Source of the DNA: a virus
Lineage: Duplodnaviria; Caudoviricetes
Virus record (IMG/VR): IMGVR_UViG_3300017769_000011
Coordinates: 1 to 56,613 of that record
DNA: 56,613 nucleotides
Strand: one strand, 5' to 3'
The notes beneath the pieces are model-generated. The model was given only the letters and a program-made list of their open reading frames with translations, was not told the origin of the DNA and searched no databases. Shown one piece after another: positions 55,248 through 56,613 of the stretch (its first letter is position 1; each line of letters starts with the position of its first letter). The position numbers and the translations under genes were made by a program.

Positions 55248-55490
55248 ATGTTTAAGATTTCTGATTACTATAAAATGGATATGTCTTGGGATGATGCGGT
55301 TGCGCTCATTACGGGTTGTGGTTGTGGCGACCTTCTTAAAGGTCTGGAAAACATGAACATAATTTGGGAAGATGTCTTGGATGATTATATGACTGAAGAC
55401 GATTTCTATGACCAATACATTTATGAAGTAAACGCTTTCAATATTGTGTATGAAGGTATGAGTAAGTTATTTATTAAGGAAGCCGCTTAA
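55248..55490 (+). CDS. Small acidic early protein
   Basis: MFKISDYY...YEVNAFN.V...M.KLF; ends EAA. Confidence 0.6.
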   Translation: MFKISDYYKMDMSWDDAVALITGCGCGDLLKGLENMNIIWEDVLDDYMTEDDFYDQYIYEVNAFNIVYEGMSKLFIKEAA

Positions 55491-55687
55491 TGTGTGGTTG
55501 GATTGATGATGCAGTAATGGAGAGTAAAATGCATAACGAAACTATGGCAGAATTTTTGGGTAAGACTAAAGGTGGCCTGTATGAGGTCAAGGTTTATCCA
55601 TCTGGACAAGAACCTTATATCGAAGGGTTCATACAATTGCGTGACGCAGAGATGTTTCTCTATCAATTTCGGGAGTTGAAAATATGA
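55490..55687 (+). CDS. Hypothetical early protein
   Basis: TAATG overlap; AAGGA RBS. Confidence 0.55.
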   Translation: MCGWIDDAVMESKMHNETMAEFLGKTKGGLYEVKVYPSGQEPYIEGFIQLRDAEMFLYQFRELKI

Positions 55688-55845
55688 GTAGAGAATCTAA
55701 ATTTAATGACTTTTGTCTTGAAATGTATTATAGAAACTGTCAAGAGCGTGAGGCATTTAAAGATGCGTCTATTTCGTTTCAAGATTATTTTCGAGTAAAT
55801 CAGCAGTTTTTGCTTGACAAATTCGAAGAATTATGTAATAATTAG
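55684..55845 (+). CDS. Small hypothetical protein (53 aa; not in ORF track)
   Basis: MSRESKFNDFCLEMYYRNC.ER...; GGAG RBS. Confidence 0.55.
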   Translation: MSRESKFNDFCLEMYYRNCQEREAFKDASISFQDYFRVNQQFLLDKFEELCNN

Positions 55846-55868
55846 TATAGTTGATAAGGAGATTTGTT

Positions 55869-56090
55869 ATGACTTTTATGTATGTTTCTGATTTAGAAGT
55901 TCGTTATGCTGATGGTTCTATTGGAGCCAAACGTTTCGAAGGTTTGACTATGGATGCCGCCCAAAAACAGGCAGAAGACAAACTTGCTGAAGTTATTGAT
56001 ACTTCTAAATTAGTAAAAGAAATGGATGGTGACACAACTTTTGTAGTTGTTGGTCACAAGATTAAAACTTTTAAAGAAGAGTATGCATAA
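55869..56090 (+). CDS. Hypothetical early protein
   Basis: AAGGAG RBS; preceded by TTGACA at 55814. Confidence 0.55.
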   Translation: MTFMYVSDLEVRYADGSIGAKRFEGLTMDAAQKQAEDKLAEVIDTSKLVKEMDGDTTFVVVGHKIKTFKEEYA

Positions 56091-56344
56091 TGTCAAAGAC
56101 ATTACTTACATTCGCAACACAAGAACGCATTGACGTTCTCAAAGAGAAGTTTGATGTTCTCACCGATGGTATGTCCAACTGGAAAGACCCGATTGATACA
56201 GTCATTCTTGTAAACGAACTGAATGATATGCGTGATGCATGTGCGTGGTTCACTGGTTCTGAACTTTATATCGTGTCACAACTTGAGAACAAACCAATGT
56301 TTCGTGTCAAGGCTGAGGGTTACTACAATGCAGTTGGAGCGTGA
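56090..56344 (+). CDS. Hypothetical early protein
   Basis: NWKDPI...A..WFTG...V.A.GYY..VGA. Confidence 0.6.
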   Translation: MSKTLLTFATQERIDVLKEKFDVLTDGMSNWKDPIDTVILVNELNDMRDACAWFTGSELYIVSQLENKPMFRVKAEGYYNAVGA

Positions 56345-56561
56345 TAATAATTACAAAACCGTCTTTAAGTTTCGAAACGGATATAGTGCGTCTGTAGTTT
56401 GTAATCTCACAACTTATGGATTCGATAGGGGACTTTTCGAAGTTGCTGTGCTTGACAAAGATGGTAAACTGTGTTATGATACACCTATCACTGATGATGT
56501 TGTGGGATATCTTACTTTTCAAGGTGTCGCTGACATTCTCACACAAATTGAGAGTTTATAA
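56223..56561 (+). CDS. Hypothetical phage protein (true start uncertain, probably downstream)
   Basis: F.NGY.ASV.....YG...GLFE.AVL......YDTPITDDV.G.L motif. Confidence 0.6.
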   Translation: MICVMHVRGSLVLNFISCHNLRTNQCFVSRLRVTTMQLERDNNYKTVFKFRNGYSASVVCNLTTYGFDRGLFEVAVLDKDGKLCYDTPITDDVVGYLTFQGVADILTQIESL

Positions 56562-56613
56562 TGAATATCTTCCATTTAGACAATGACCCTCGCAAGGCTG
56601 CAGAAATGATGTG
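56561..56613 (+). CDS. DenV/pyrimidine-dimer glycosylase-like protein (5' fragment, truncated)
   Basis: MNIFHLDNDPRKAAEMM matches the family's MNIF.LD.DP..AA start. Confidence 0.5.
   Translation, partial: MNIFHLDNDPRKAAEMM

Noticed and set aside
1-56613. Alternative genetic code, DGR/retron, integrase or transposase
   Set aside because: Genes tile densely under the standard code using all three stops; I saw no reverse transcriptase, recombinase or long repeat pair by eye (a self dot-plot would be the decisive check)

Overview
This 56.6 kb, AT-rich, gene-dense window comes from a large T4-like (Tevenvirinae/Kyanoviridae-style) phage. Evidence: T4-type late promoters (TATAAATA), many sigma70-consensus promoters, nrdA/nrdB, an endonuclease II-like GIY-YIG gene, phoH, a 30.2-like HAD gene and a Cas4-like exonuclease. 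A permuted two-piece tmRNA (tag ANDNYAHEEYALAA) and a pseudoazurin suggest an alphaproteobacterial, probably marine, host (inference). Layout: (1) 1-13 kb holds accessory and nucleotide-metabolism genes, tRNA-Gly, the tmRNA, a candidate small RNA, two degenerate adenylate-forming paralogs, a carbamoyltransferase and an NrdA-glutaredoxin fusion. (2) 13.7-24.5 kb is a late minus-strand block in which many proteins begin with a T4 internal-protein-like capsid-targeting leader (M-K-x-F-x-x-[FY]-h-x-E). These include a ligase-motif protein, a HIGH-family nucleotidyltransferase and a PD-(D/E)xK-like nuclease; a leader-bearing P-loop kinase lies at 52.5 kb. Together they are the best candidate for an undescribed system: enzymes packaged in the capsid and injected with the DNA. 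(3) 24.6-32.9 kb holds early and middle genes. (4) 32.9-51.8 kb is a ~19 kb glycan-synthesis/decoration island with an embedded late cassette (ferritin-like diiron protein, glutamine amidotransferase, cupin) next to a porin-like gene. (5) 55-56.6 kb holds small early genes. All functional calls rest on motif recognition by eye; no database searches were run.
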